The position numbers were made by a program, and so were the translations under genes. The notes under the pieces were generated by a model. That model made no database searches. It was not told the DNA's origin and saw only the letters and a program-made list of their open reading frames with translations. Source: Iamia sp. (GTDB lineage Bacteria > Actinomycetota > Acidimicrobiia > Acidimicrobiales > Iamiaceae). Taken from it: DNA of 34,723 bases. Positions within the stretch are counted from its first letter, which is position 1. Each line of letters starts with the position of its first letter. The stretch spans positions 1-34,723 of the forward strand of contig DASVEC010000532.1 of the NCBI GenBank assembly GCA_036380755.1. The letters are read 5' to 3'. Shown here in pieces: positions 1 to 8,094 of the stretch.

Positions 1-222
1 GGCGACCTGGCCGGGCTGGGCTGGTCCGTGCCCGACGTCGACGGCTTCGCCGACCTGGCCCGCGACGCCGTCGCCCGGCTGGCCGACCCGGCCGCCCGCG
101 AGCGCTGGTCGGCCGTCGCCACCGAGCGGTCGGCCCGTCTCGCCGCCGACGCCCACGACCACCTCGCCGCCCTCGCCCACTGGCTCGCCGCCCGCACCGA
201 TCCTCCGAACTCGGGGGAGTAG
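1..222 (+). CDS. C-terminal fragment of a gene entering from the left edge; possibly a polysaccharide-modifying enzyme (pyruvyl- or glycosyltransferase-like)
   Basis: Frame 1 is open from base 1 to TAG 220-222 with GC-rich third positions. No diagnostic motif is visible; the product guess rests on context only. Confidence 0.45.
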   Translation, partial: GDLAGLGWSVPDVDGFADLARDAVARLADPAARERWSAVATERSARLAADAHDHLAALAHWLAARTDPPNSGE

Positions 223-261
223 ACGCCCAGTTTCGGGCGCTTACTCCCCCGAGTTCGGAGG
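202..261. repeat. Palindromic REP-like element, copy 1 (50-bp core 207-256); probable bidirectional hairpin between convergent genes
   Basis: Perfect 20-bp inverted repeat cctccgaactcgggggagta (202-221) / tactcccccgagttcggagg (242-261), with inner stem cgccc/gggcg and loop agtttc. A related copy lies at 26555-26604. Confidence 0.9.
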
Positions 262-1161
262 GGGCCAGCGGACGGGTCGGGCGAGGAGGTCGGAGAGGTC
301 GGCGATGTCGTCGGCGTAGTAGGCGCGGAGGCGGGCTCGGACGTCGTCGGACAGCGGGGGACGGTCGTTGCCGAGGACCCGGGCCAGGACGAGCCGGTCG
401 ACGCCGACGACCGCGAGGTGGGGGAGGGCGGCCAGGGGCCGGCGCCAGCGGCGGGGCCGCCACGTGTAGCGCTCCTCGTCGTCCCAGTCGAAGCGGAAGC
501 GGTCGCCGGCCCGCAGCCAGCGCAGCCGGCGGGGGTCGTAGACACCCGGGTTCGTCGCCGTGTCGGGGGCGGGGGTGTGGGCGGCCACCCCGAGGAAGCG
601 GTGGACGGCGGCCAGGGCATCGGGGCCCGCCCGCAGGTCCTCGTAGAGGGTGACGTGCACCTGCTCGGCCGGGAAGCGGTCGAGGTAGCGCTGCAGGTGG
701 TGGGCGTAGCGGCCGTAGTCGAGCACCTCGGCGGCGTGGGGGTGCCCCGGCGGCAGGTCGCCCGCCAGCAGCCGGGCCAGGCCCTCGTCGGCCGGCGCCA
801 GCGGCAGCATCCGGTTCTTGACGTACCAGTCGTAGGCCGAGACGGCTCGGTCGACCGGGTCCCGGAGGCAGGCCAGCACCCGCAGGTCCGGCACCGTGGC
901 GGCCAGGTGGCCGGCGCACTCCGGGCGGCCGAGGTAGTCGGGGCGCTTGATGCCGAGGTGCCGGCGTCCCCGGCCCGGCTCGAGGGCCCGGCCCAGCTCG
1001 GCCGGGTCGCTGGCGGCGAAGAAGGGGTCCTCGAAGTACGGCACCTCGTCGGGCGGCAGGTAGACGTCCGGGTGCTGGGCCAGGCTCGCCGCCAGGTCGG
1101 TCGATCCCGCCTTCTGCGCCCCCACGATGGCGAACGTCGGCAAGAGGGGCTCGGACGCCAT
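241..1161 (-). CDS. PAPS-dependent sulfotransferase family protein
   Basis: 5'-PSB loop IVGAQKAGST and 3'-PB motif LRDPVDRAVSAY; YGRYAHHLQRY and YEDL motifs; TAGCCT box 6 nt before the ATG. Confidence 0.9.
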   Translation of the reverse strand: MASEPLLPTFAIVGAQKAGSTDLAASLAQHPDVYLPPDEVPYFEDPFFAASDPAELGRALEPGRGRRHLGIKRPDYLGRPECAGHLAATVPDLRVLACLRDPVDRAVSAYDWYVKNRMLPLAPADEGLARLLAGDLPPGHPHAAEVLDYGRYAHHLQRYLDRFPAEQVHVTLYEDLRAGPDALAAVHRFLGVAAHTPAPDTATNPGVYDPRRLRWLRAGDRFRFDWDDEERYTWRPRRWRRPLAALPHLAVVGVDRLVLARVLGNDRPPLSDDVRARLRAYYADDIADLSDLLARPVRWPPPNSGE

Positions 1162-1167
1162 CCGCCG

Positions 1168-1173
1168 AGGCTA
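1168..1173 (-). promoter_or_regulatory. -10 element (TAGCCT) of a probable leaderless sulfotransferase transcript
   Basis: Matches actinobacterial TANNNT, lies 6 nt upstream of ATG 1161, and no Shine-Dalgarno is present. Confidence 0.55.
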
Positions 1174-1331
1174 GGGCCCACCCCGGCCACGCCGTCTGCC
1201 GCCGGCCGACCCTCCCGGGCCGCGCCGGTCGCCCTTCCTGCGCGGTGGCGCGCCGCTCGTGGCCCACGACCGCGCCGGAACCGGTTCCTGCGCAGGGGAG
1301 TCGCGCCCCTGGCGGGAGGTGACGTCAGTTC

Positions 1332-1358
1332 TTGACAGGGGAGGGGCACCGCTAGCAT
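1332..1358 (+). promoter_or_regulatory. Sigma70-type promoter of block A: -35 TTGACA (1332-1337), -10 TAGCAT (1353-1358)
   Basis: Perfect TTGACA plus TANNNT in very GC-rich DNA. The spacer is only 15 bp, which is short. Confidence 0.55.
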
Positions 1359-1365
1359 CGCCGTC

Positions 1366-2541
1366 CTGCACCCGCCGCCGACGCCCACGCTCGTCATCGT
1401 CGCCAACGCGGCCAGTCCGTACCGGACGGCGCAGCACCTGCGCTACGTCCGCGAGCTGCCCGGCCTGCGTCTCCGGTCGCTGTTCCTCTACGGCGAGACG
1501 GCCCACGACTGGGACAACCCGCTGCCGGCCGAGATCGCCCCCGAGGTGCTCGGCGAGGGCGTGTCGATCGTCGGCCGTCACCGACCGGCCGGGCTGGCCC
1601 GGCAGGTGGACCTGGCCCGGCGCCTCCTGGCCCGGCTGCGCATCCTGCGGCCCGACGTCGTCCTGCTCACCGGGTACGCCGACGTGGCCTTCCTGGCCGC
1701 CATGGCCTGGTGCCGGAGGGCCGGCGTGCCCTACGTCCTCTACTGCGACTCCAACGTGGCCGGCGACCGGGCCCGTGGCCTCCGCGGCCTGGCCAAGGGG
1801 TTCGTCGTCCGCGCTGCGGTCGGGGGGGCCACCGTGATCGGGGCGACCAGCCGGGCCGGCCTGCGCTACTTCTACCGCTACGGCGGGGCCCGCCGGCCGA
1901 CCGTGTTCCTGCCGCCCGAGCCGGACTACGCCACCATCGTCGACGCCCCCGCCGCCGACGTGGCCGACCGGGCCGCCGCGCTGGGCCTGGTCGAGGGCCG
2001 GCGACGCTTCCTCGTGTCCGGTCGCCTGGCGCCGGAGAAGGGCGTCGCCACCGCCCTCGACGCCTTCGTCGCCGCCGCCGAGGCGCTGCCGGGGTGGGAC
2101 CTGGTCGTGGCGGGCGACGGCCCGTCTCGCTCCGAGCTCGAACGGCGCGTCCCCGCCGCCCTGCGGGGCCGGGTGCGGTGGCTCGGCTACGTCCCCGGAC
2201 GGGAGGCCCTCGGCGCGGTGTACCGGTCCTGCGACGTGCTCGTGCTGCCCAGCCACGACGAGCCGTGGGGGGTCGTGGTGCTGGAGGCGGCCGCCGCCGG
2301 GATGGCGCTCGTGGTCTCGGACGTCGTGGGCGCGGCGGTCGAGCTGGTCCGCCCGGGGCACAACGGCGTCACCGTCCCGCCCGGCGACGTGGCCGCCCTC
2401 CGCCGGGCGCTGGTGGACGTGGCCGCCGACGCCGAGACGATGGGCGCCCGGTCGCCCGCCGTGCTGGCGGCATGGCGGCGGGGGAGCGATCCGGTGAGCG
2501 GGCTCCGCCACGCCCTCGCCGCCGCCGGGGTGGCACCGTGA
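1366..2541 (+). CDS. GT4 (GT-B fold) glycosyltransferase; start probably CTG 1366 rather than GTG 1546
   Basis: GRLAPEKG, VAGDGP and LPSHDEPWGVVVLEAAAAG (EX7E) motifs. The frame upstream of 1546 encodes a typical GT4 first strand (TLVIVANAASPYR) back to an in-frame TGA at 1333-1335. Confidence 0.85.
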   Translation: MHPPPTPTLVIVANAASPYRTAQHLRYVRELPGLRLRSLFLYGETAHDWDNPLPAEIAPEVLGEGVSIVGRHRPAGLARQVDLARRLLARLRILRPDVVLLTGYADVAFLAAMAWCRRAGVPYVLYCDSNVAGDRARGLRGLAKGFVVRAAVGGATVIGATSRAGLRYFYRYGGARRPTVFLPPEPDYATIVDAPAADVADRAAALGLVEGRRRFLVSGRLAPEKGVATALDAFVAAAEALPGWDLVVAGDGPSRSELERRVPAALRGRVRWLGYVPGREALGAVYRSCDVLVLPSHDEPWGVVVLEAAAAGMALVVSDVVGAAVELVRPGHNGVTVPPGDVAALRRALVDVAADAETMGARSPAVLAAWRRGSDPVSGLRHALAAAGVAP

Positions 2542-2672
2542 GCGAGCGCAGCGAGCGAACCAGACGGCACGGGCTCTCTGACGGCGGAGCTTGCGGAGCC
2601 GTCAGCGGTCATTGGTGCTCCTTGCTGGCGAAGGGGCCTGACGTGTCCCGCGGGTCGATGGTGCACCAATGA
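2538..2672 (+). repeat. MIRU-like intergenic insert carrying a 44-codon mini-ORF coupled to both neighbours
   Basis: 12-bp direct repeat tgagcgagcgca at 2539-2550 and 2670-2681. Inverted repeats ctgacggc/gccgtcag (2578-2605) and cattggtgc/gcaccaatg (2610-2671). GTG 2538 overlaps the upstream TGA, and TGA 2670-2672 overlaps the downstream ATG. Confidence 0.6.
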
Positions 2673-3520
2673 GCGAGCGCACGAGGCTGCCCGACCTCGT
2701 CTACATCGGTCCCGACAAGGCCGGGTCGACCTGGCTCCACCAGGTCCTGCGCTGGCACCCCGAGGTGTACGCCCCGGAGGTCAAGGAGCTTTTCTTCTTC
2801 GACCGCTACCACCACCGCGGCCCCGACTGGTACCGCTCCCACTACGCCGCCTGCCCGGCCGACGCCGCGGTGGTGGCCGACGTGACTCACGACTACCTCT
2901 TCGACCCCGCCGTGCCGGCCCGGATGCAGGTGCTGCTGGGCGACGACGTCCGCCTCATGGTGACCCTCCGCGAGCCGGTCGACCGGGCCTGGTCGGCCTA
3001 CCACTTCATGGTCCGCCAGGGCCGCGTGCGGGAGTCCTTCGCCGAGGCCGTGCGGACGGTGCCCGAGCTGCTCGACCACGGGCGCTACGCGACCCACCTG
3101 CGGCCGTTCCTCGCCGTGTTCGGGCGCGACCAGATCTTCACCCCGCGCTTCGACCAGCTCACCGAGGCGCCCGACCGCTTCGCCGCCGACCTGTTCGCCT
3201 TCCTCGGGATCGCCCCGCTCGAGGTGCCGGCCGAGCTGCACGAGAAGCAGCTCCGGATCGCGCAGCCGCGGTCGTTCGGCGTGGCCCGGGCCGCCCGCTC
3301 GGCCGGGGTCTGGGTGCGCGACCGCGGGGGCGAGCGCCTCGTCGCCCGGGCCAAGGGGTCGGCGTTCGTGCAGCGGGGCCTGTACCGGGACTTCGAGGGC
3401 GAGGGTCCCACCATGGAGGGGTCCCTGCGCGAGGCTCTGCGGGCGGAGATGGCGCCCGACGTGGCCGCCGTCGACGCCCTGCTCGGAACGTCGTGCGCCG
3501 CGGCCTGGGGCTACGTGTGA
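2669..3520 (+). CDS. PAPS-dependent sulfotransferase family protein
   Basis: YIGPDKAGSTWL (5'-PSB), KELFFFD, LREPVDRAWSAY (3'-PB), HGRYATHL. Confidence 0.92.
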   Translation: MSERTRLPDLVYIGPDKAGSTWLHQVLRWHPEVYAPEVKELFFFDRYHHRGPDWYRSHYAACPADAAVVADVTHDYLFDPAVPARMQVLLGDDVRLMVTLREPVDRAWSAYHFMVRQGRVRESFAEAVRTVPELLDHGRYATHLRPFLAVFGRDQIFTPRFDQLTEAPDRFAADLFAFLGIAPLEVPAELHEKQLRIAQPRSFGVARAARSAGVWVRDRGGERLVARAKGSAFVQRGLYRDFEGEGPTMEGSLREALRAEMAPDVAAVDALLGTSCAAAWGYV

Positions 3521-3537
3521 TCCAAGGAGGCACGGAG

Positions 3538-4245
3538 GTGCAGCAGAACCGGTCCGATGCGGGGGGCGGGAGCGTCCACCTGCGCTACGACCAGACGGTG
3601 CTGCCCTACCACCGAGCCGTGGCGACCGCCGCCGCCCGGCACCTGCCCCCCGGTGGCCGGGTGCTCGACGTCGGCTGCGGTGTCGGCCACGTGCTCGCCC
3701 TCTTGGAGCAGGCCCGGCCCGACGCCGACCTGCACGCCCTCGACGTCGATCCGCAGTGCCTCGCCCTCACCCGCTCGCGGGTCCATGACCTGACCTCGCA
3801 GCCGCTCGACCTCCAGGTGCTGCTCGACGAGCCGCTGCCGTGGGCCGTCGACCAGATCCTCCTCTCGCACGTCCTCGAGCACTCGCGCCGGCCGGCCGAT
3901 CTCGTCGAGCGGCTCGTCGACCAGCTGCCGCCGACGGGCACGCTGGTCGTCGCCGTGCCCAACACGGCCCGCCCCACCGTCACGATCAAGAGCGCCCTCC
4001 GACGCGACGACGTCAACCGGGGCCACGCCTACTCGTGGGACCGTTCGCACTGGATGAACTTCCTCGAGCGGATAGTCGGTCTCGACGTGGTCGAGTACGT
4101 CCCCGACTACGTGCCGATCGTGCCCGAGCGGGTCCGCTCGCGCTGGCCGGCCCCGATCGGGCGGGTCGAGGTGGCGGCGGCGCGCGCCGTGCCGTGGTGG
4201 ACGTTCTCCAACATCGCCGTGGTGCGGGGCCGGGGGCCGGCATGA
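3538..4245 (+). CDS. Class I SAM-dependent methyltransferase
   Basis: VLDVGCGVG (motif I), ALDVD, LSHVLEH, VAVPN. AAGGAGG at 3524-3530 precedes GTG 3538; alternative coupled start GTG 3517. Confidence 0.88.
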   Translation: MQQNRSDAGGGSVHLRYDQTVLPYHRAVATAAARHLPPGGRVLDVGCGVGHVLALLEQARPDADLHALDVDPQCLALTRSRVHDLTSQPLDLQVLLDEPLPWAVDQILLSHVLEHSRRPADLVERLVDQLPPTGTLVVAVPNTARPTVTIKSALRRDDVNRGHAYSWDRSHWMNFLERIVGLDVVEYVPDYVPIVPERVRSRWPAPIGRVEVAAARAVPWWTFSNIAVVRGRGPA

Positions 4246-5747
4246 GCAGTGGCGCCGGGCGCACCGGGCGCTGGGGCATCCGGTACTCGGCGTCGGGCTG
4301 GCTCTGCCTGGCCGTCGCCCTGGCCGTCTCGCTCGTCCTCCCGTTCGTGTGGGCGCAGCGGCCGATGGCCACCATCGCCTCGGCGTCGGGCGCGCTGGCG
4401 GCGGCCCTGTGCGTCTACGCCGGCGCCCGGCTCGGCCATCTCATCGCCCGGGCCCAGCCCCGCTTCCTGTCCTTCATGTTCTGGACCTTCGTCTACATCT
4501 GGTTCGGGCTGGCGCCGTTCCTCCAGATCGATGCCAACCGGTTCTTCCTGGCCCAGGACGTCCTCGGCCGGGGCTTCAGCGGCCCGCTGCAGACGCGCGG
4601 CATGGTGCTGATCTGGGTCGGCGTGATCGCCTTCGACGTCGGCAGCATCGTGGCCGGCCGGGGCAAGGTGCGCATCCCGTCGGCGCCCGCGCCGGGGGAG
4701 CGGCGGCCGGTGCTCTCGCAGCGCCGGGTCCAGCTCCTCTCGATCACCGCCCTGGTGGCCAGCACCATCGGGCTCTTCCGGGTGGGCGGCCCGGCCACCC
4801 TCTTCACCTCCCGGCAGGGCCTGGCCAACGCCCTCGGCTACGGCCAGGACACCGTCCTCCAGAGCTCGCTGTGGTCCACCGTGCTCCGCTTCCCGGTGTT
4901 CGTCGCCGCCTTCTTGGCGGTCACGCTGATCCGCCACCCGCGTGGCCGCAGGTGGTCGCAGCTGTCGGTCGGCTCCAAGATGCTGTTCGGCACGACGATC
5001 GTCGCCGCCCTGCTCATCAACAACCCCATCGCCAGCCCGCGGTTCCTGGTCGGCGTCGTCTACGGGGCGCTGGCGTTCGCCGCCATCCACCCCCGCAACC
5101 GGGTCATGATCCGGGTCACGATGGTGGGCCTGCTGGTGACCCTCTTGGTGGTGTTCCCCTACCTCGACCTCTTCCGGCGGAGCTCCGACCCCCGGCTCAA
5201 CCAGCTGGGCATCCAGGAGAACATCCTGGAGAAGGCCGACTACAGCATGTACTCGCAGGTCATCAACGGCCTCCAGTACGTCGGCCGGCACGGCCACACC
5301 GACGGCCACCAGCTGTCGGGCGCAGTGTTCTTCTTCGTCCCCCGCTCGATCTGGACGGGCAAGCCCGAGGACACGGGCGACACCGTCCACGACGCCCTCG
5401 GCTACCCGGAGCGACTCAACCAGTCGAGCCCCCTTTGGGTCGAGCTGTACGTCGACGGCGGCTACCCGCTCGTCGTGCTCGGCTTCGCCGGCTACGGCTA
5501 CGTGCTCACGGCGCTGGAGCGGCGGCGGGTCATCGAGTCGCTGAGCCTGCTCACCGCGGCGAGCTGCCTCGTGCCCCTCCTCGCCAGCTACCAGCTCTTC
5601 GTGCTGCGCGGGTCGCTGCTCGGGGCGACGCCCCGCCTCGTCGTGCTGGTGCTGTTGGCCCGCGCCATGTTCGTGCGCCGCCCGGTCGCGCCCGCGCCGC
5701 TGCCGGCCGTAGGTCGATCGAGGGCGGCGCTGGAGCCCGCCTCGTGA
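4242..5747 (+). CDS. Wzy-like oligosaccharide repeat-unit polymerase (multi-TM)
   Basis: About 10 or more hydrophobic segments; FFVPRSIWTGKP loop; ELYVDGG and LRGS motifs typical of Wzy-like proteins; ATGA overlap with the upstream gene. Confidence 0.7.
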   Translation: MSSGAGRTGRWGIRYSASGWLCLAVALAVSLVLPFVWAQRPMATIASASGALAAALCVYAGARLGHLIARAQPRFLSFMFWTFVYIWFGLAPFLQIDANRFFLAQDVLGRGFSGPLQTRGMVLIWVGVIAFDVGSIVAGRGKVRIPSAPAPGERRPVLSQRRVQLLSITALVASTIGLFRVGGPATLFTSRQGLANALGYGQDTVLQSSLWSTVLRFPVFVAAFLAVTLIRHPRGRRWSQLSVGSKMLFGTTIVAALLINNPIASPRFLVGVVYGALAFAAIHPRNRVMIRVTMVGLLVTLLVVFPYLDLFRRSSDPRLNQLGIQENILEKADYSMYSQVINGLQYVGRHGHTDGHQLSGAVFFFVPRSIWTGKPEDTGDTVHDALGYPERLNQSSPLWVELYVDGGYPLVVLGFAGYGYVLTALERRRVIESLSLLTAASCLVPLLASYQLFVLRGSLLGATPRLVVLVLLARAMFVRRPVAPAPLPAVGRSRAALEPAS

Positions 5748-6823
5748 GGGCCGCGGGTGCGCCCCTGCGCGTGGCCATGGTGCCCGCCGGCGATCGACCC
5801 ACGCAGAACCCCTCGGTCGTCCGGCTGGCGGCCAGCCTGGTCGACCTCGGCGTCGAGGTGCACCGGCCGCGGGCCCTGCCCCGGCGGGGCTCGGTCGACG
5901 TGCTCCACCACCACTGGCCGTCGGCCGACGGCCAGCGGGGCACGCCCGCCGGCGCCGTCCTCCGCCTGGGCCGGTTCCTGGCCACCACCGTCGCCCACCG
6001 GGTGGCCGGCGCCCGGGTCGTGTGGACGGCGCACAACCTCGTGGCCCACGACGCCCGTCGTCCCCGGCTCGAGCGGGTGTTCTGGCGCGCCTACACCCGG
6101 CTGCTCGACGGGTGGATCGCCCTCTCCCACGCCGGCGCCGATGCGCTCCGCGCCGAGCACCCGGCGCTGGGGCGGGTCCCGAGCGCGGTGATCCCCATCG
6201 GCCACATGGTCGGCGTCTGCGGGCCGGTCGCCGATCGGGCCGAGGCCCGTCGCCGGCTGGACCTCGCCGCCGATCGCCGGGTCGTCGCCCACGTCGGCCG
6301 GATCCGCCCCTACAAGGGCGTGCCCGCCCTGGTCGCCGCCTTCGCCGAGATGGGCGCCGACGACACCACCCTCGTGGTCGCCGGCGACCTCGGTGACCCC
6401 GACGTCGAGCCGGCCGTCGCCCGGGCCCGGGCCGGCGGCGCGGACGTCCGGCTCCGCCCCGGCCGGGCCGACGACGCCGACGTGGCCCGGATCCTCGCCG
6501 CCGCCGACCTGGTCGCCTACCCCTTCACCACCGTCCTCAACTCGGGCGCGGCGGTGCTGGCGCTGTCCTACGGCCGGCCGGTGCTGGCGTCGACCTCTCC
6601 CTCGCTCGGCGAGCTGCAGGCCGCCGTCGGTGCGGATCGCCTGCGCCTCCTCGACGAGCCCGTCCGGGGCACCGACCTGGCCGCCGCCCTCGACGCGGCG
6701 CCGACCGGGATGCTCTCGCCCCCCACGGCGGAGCTGGGCGAGTGGCCGGCGATCGGCCGGGCCACGCTCGCCCTGTACACCGAGATCGGTGCCGGCCGAC
6801 CCCGCCGGGAGCGCCGGTCGTGA
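5744..6823 (+). CDS. GT-B glycosyltransferase (GT4-like, reminiscent of GumI-type enzymes)
   Basis: VWTAHNLVAHD, GRIRPYKGV, LNSGAAVLALSYGRPVL; GTGA overlap at 5744. Confidence 0.85.
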   Translation: MRAAGAPLRVAMVPAGDRPTQNPSVVRLAASLVDLGVEVHRPRALPRRGSVDVLHHHWPSADGQRGTPAGAVLRLGRFLATTVAHRVAGARVVWTAHNLVAHDARRPRLERVFWRAYTRLLDGWIALSHAGADALRAEHPALGRVPSAVIPIGHMVGVCGPVADRAEARRRLDLAADRRVVAHVGRIRPYKGVPALVAAFAEMGADDTTLVVAGDLGDPDVEPAVARARAGGADVRLRPGRADDADVARILAAADLVAYPFTTVLNSGAAVLALSYGRPVLASTSPSLGELQAAVGADRLRLLDEPVRGTDLAAALDAAPTGMLSPPTAELGEWPAIGRATLALYTEIGAGRPRRERRS

Positions 6824-8094
6824 CCGGTCGTCGCACCCTGCTGCTCGTGGCGCCCACCTTCGCCCCCGATCCGGTGGTGGCGGCCGTCCGGGCCACCGAG
6901 TGGGCTCGCCACCTGCCCGACCACGGGTGGGACGTCGTCGTGGCGACGCGGTGGACCCAGCCCGAGGACGGCGATCGCCCGGAGAGGGTGGTGGTGGAGC
7001 ACGTCGGCCCCCGCACCGTCGGTGGCCTCCGCTCCCGCGAGCCCACCCGGGACCTCGGCGCCCGGTCCGCACCCGGTGCCCGGCGACGGCTCAAGCGCGG
7101 GGTGTCGCGGCTCGTCGTGCCCGACGGCGCCGCCGCCTTCTGGCGGGCGCATCGCGACGACATCGCCACCATCGGCGCCCGTCACCGGGTCGACGCCCTC
7201 GTGACGACGTCGCCCCCGCACTCCCTCCAGGCGGTGGGCCGGCCCGTCGCCGACACCCTCGGCGTCCCGTGGATCGCCGACCTCCGCGACCCCTACCTGG
7301 CCGACGCCCGGTTCCGGCCCACGGGCCTCGCCGCCGTCGCCTTGCCGTGGCACCGGCGGTTCGAGCGGGCGATCTACGACGCCGATGCCGTCGTGCACGC
7401 CAACGCCGAGCACGATCGGGTCATGCGGACCCAGCACCCCGATCGGGCCGACCGGATGCACGTCATCACCAACGGCTTCCCCGACCGGATGCTCGACCGG
7501 CTCGGCGTCGTCGCGCCGGCCGGGACCGTCGTCTCGGCGGGGCGCTGCGACCCGGCCGTGCTGCCCCGCCTGGTCGAGGCGGCGGCGGCCCGGGGGCTCG
7601 TGGTCCACCTGGTCGGGCCGGCCTCGGCCGAGGCCGTGGCGCGGGCCGCCGCCCACCCGGACCACCTCGTGGTTCACGGCCGCCGGCCCCACGACGAGGT
7701 CCTCGACCTGGTGGCCTCGGCCCGCGTGCTGGTGGCGTCGCTGCCGGCCGCCCAGCGCGAGGGCCTCGGTCTCACCAGCAAGCTGTTCGAGTACATGGCG
7801 ACGGGTCGACCCATCCTGCTGGTGCACCCGATGCCGGCCGACCGGGCCCTCGTCGAGCGCCACTACGCCGGGGGCACCCGCACGATCGACGACCCGACCG
7901 GGCCCGACGTCGACGCCGCCCTGGCGGCGGCCCTCGCCGGCGAGCTCGACGTCGCCCCGGAGGTCCGGGACCGCGTCCGGGCCGACCTCCGCCGCAGCGC
8001 GGGCGCCCGCCGCCTCGCCGATCTCCTCGACGGCCTCGTCGCGCCGGGAGCGCCGGGCGCGTCGGCGCCCGCTGTCCGGGGTACGGCCCCGTGA
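6820..8094 (+). CDS. GT4-family glycosyltransferase
   Basis: TTSPPHS, WIADLRDP, ITNGF, TSKLFEYMATGRPIL; GTGA overlap at 6820. Confidence 0.85.
   Translation: MTGRRTLLLVAPTFAPDPVVAAVRATEWARHLPDHGWDVVVATRWTQPEDGDRPERVVVEHVGPRTVGGLRSREPTRDLGARSAPGARRRLKRGVSRLVVPDGAAAFWRAHRDDIATIGARHRVDALVTTSPPHSLQAVGRPVADTLGVPWIADLRDPYLADARFRPTGLAAVALPWHRRFERAIYDADAVVHANAEHDRVMRTQHPDRADRMHVITNGFPDRMLDRLGVVAPAGTVVSAGRCDPAVLPRLVEAAAARGLVVHLVGPASAEAVARAAAHPDHLVVHGRRPHDEVLDLVASARVLVASLPAAQREGLGLTSKLFEYMATGRPILLVHPMPADRALVERHYAGGTRTIDDPTGPDVDAALAAALAGELDVAPEVRDRVRADLRRSAGARRLADLLDGLVAPGAPGASAPAVRGTAP

Noticed and set aside
1277-1288. GGAACCGGTTCC as a LexA (SOS) box
   Set aside because: The Gram-positive box needs GAAC-N4-GTTC; the spacing here is N2.
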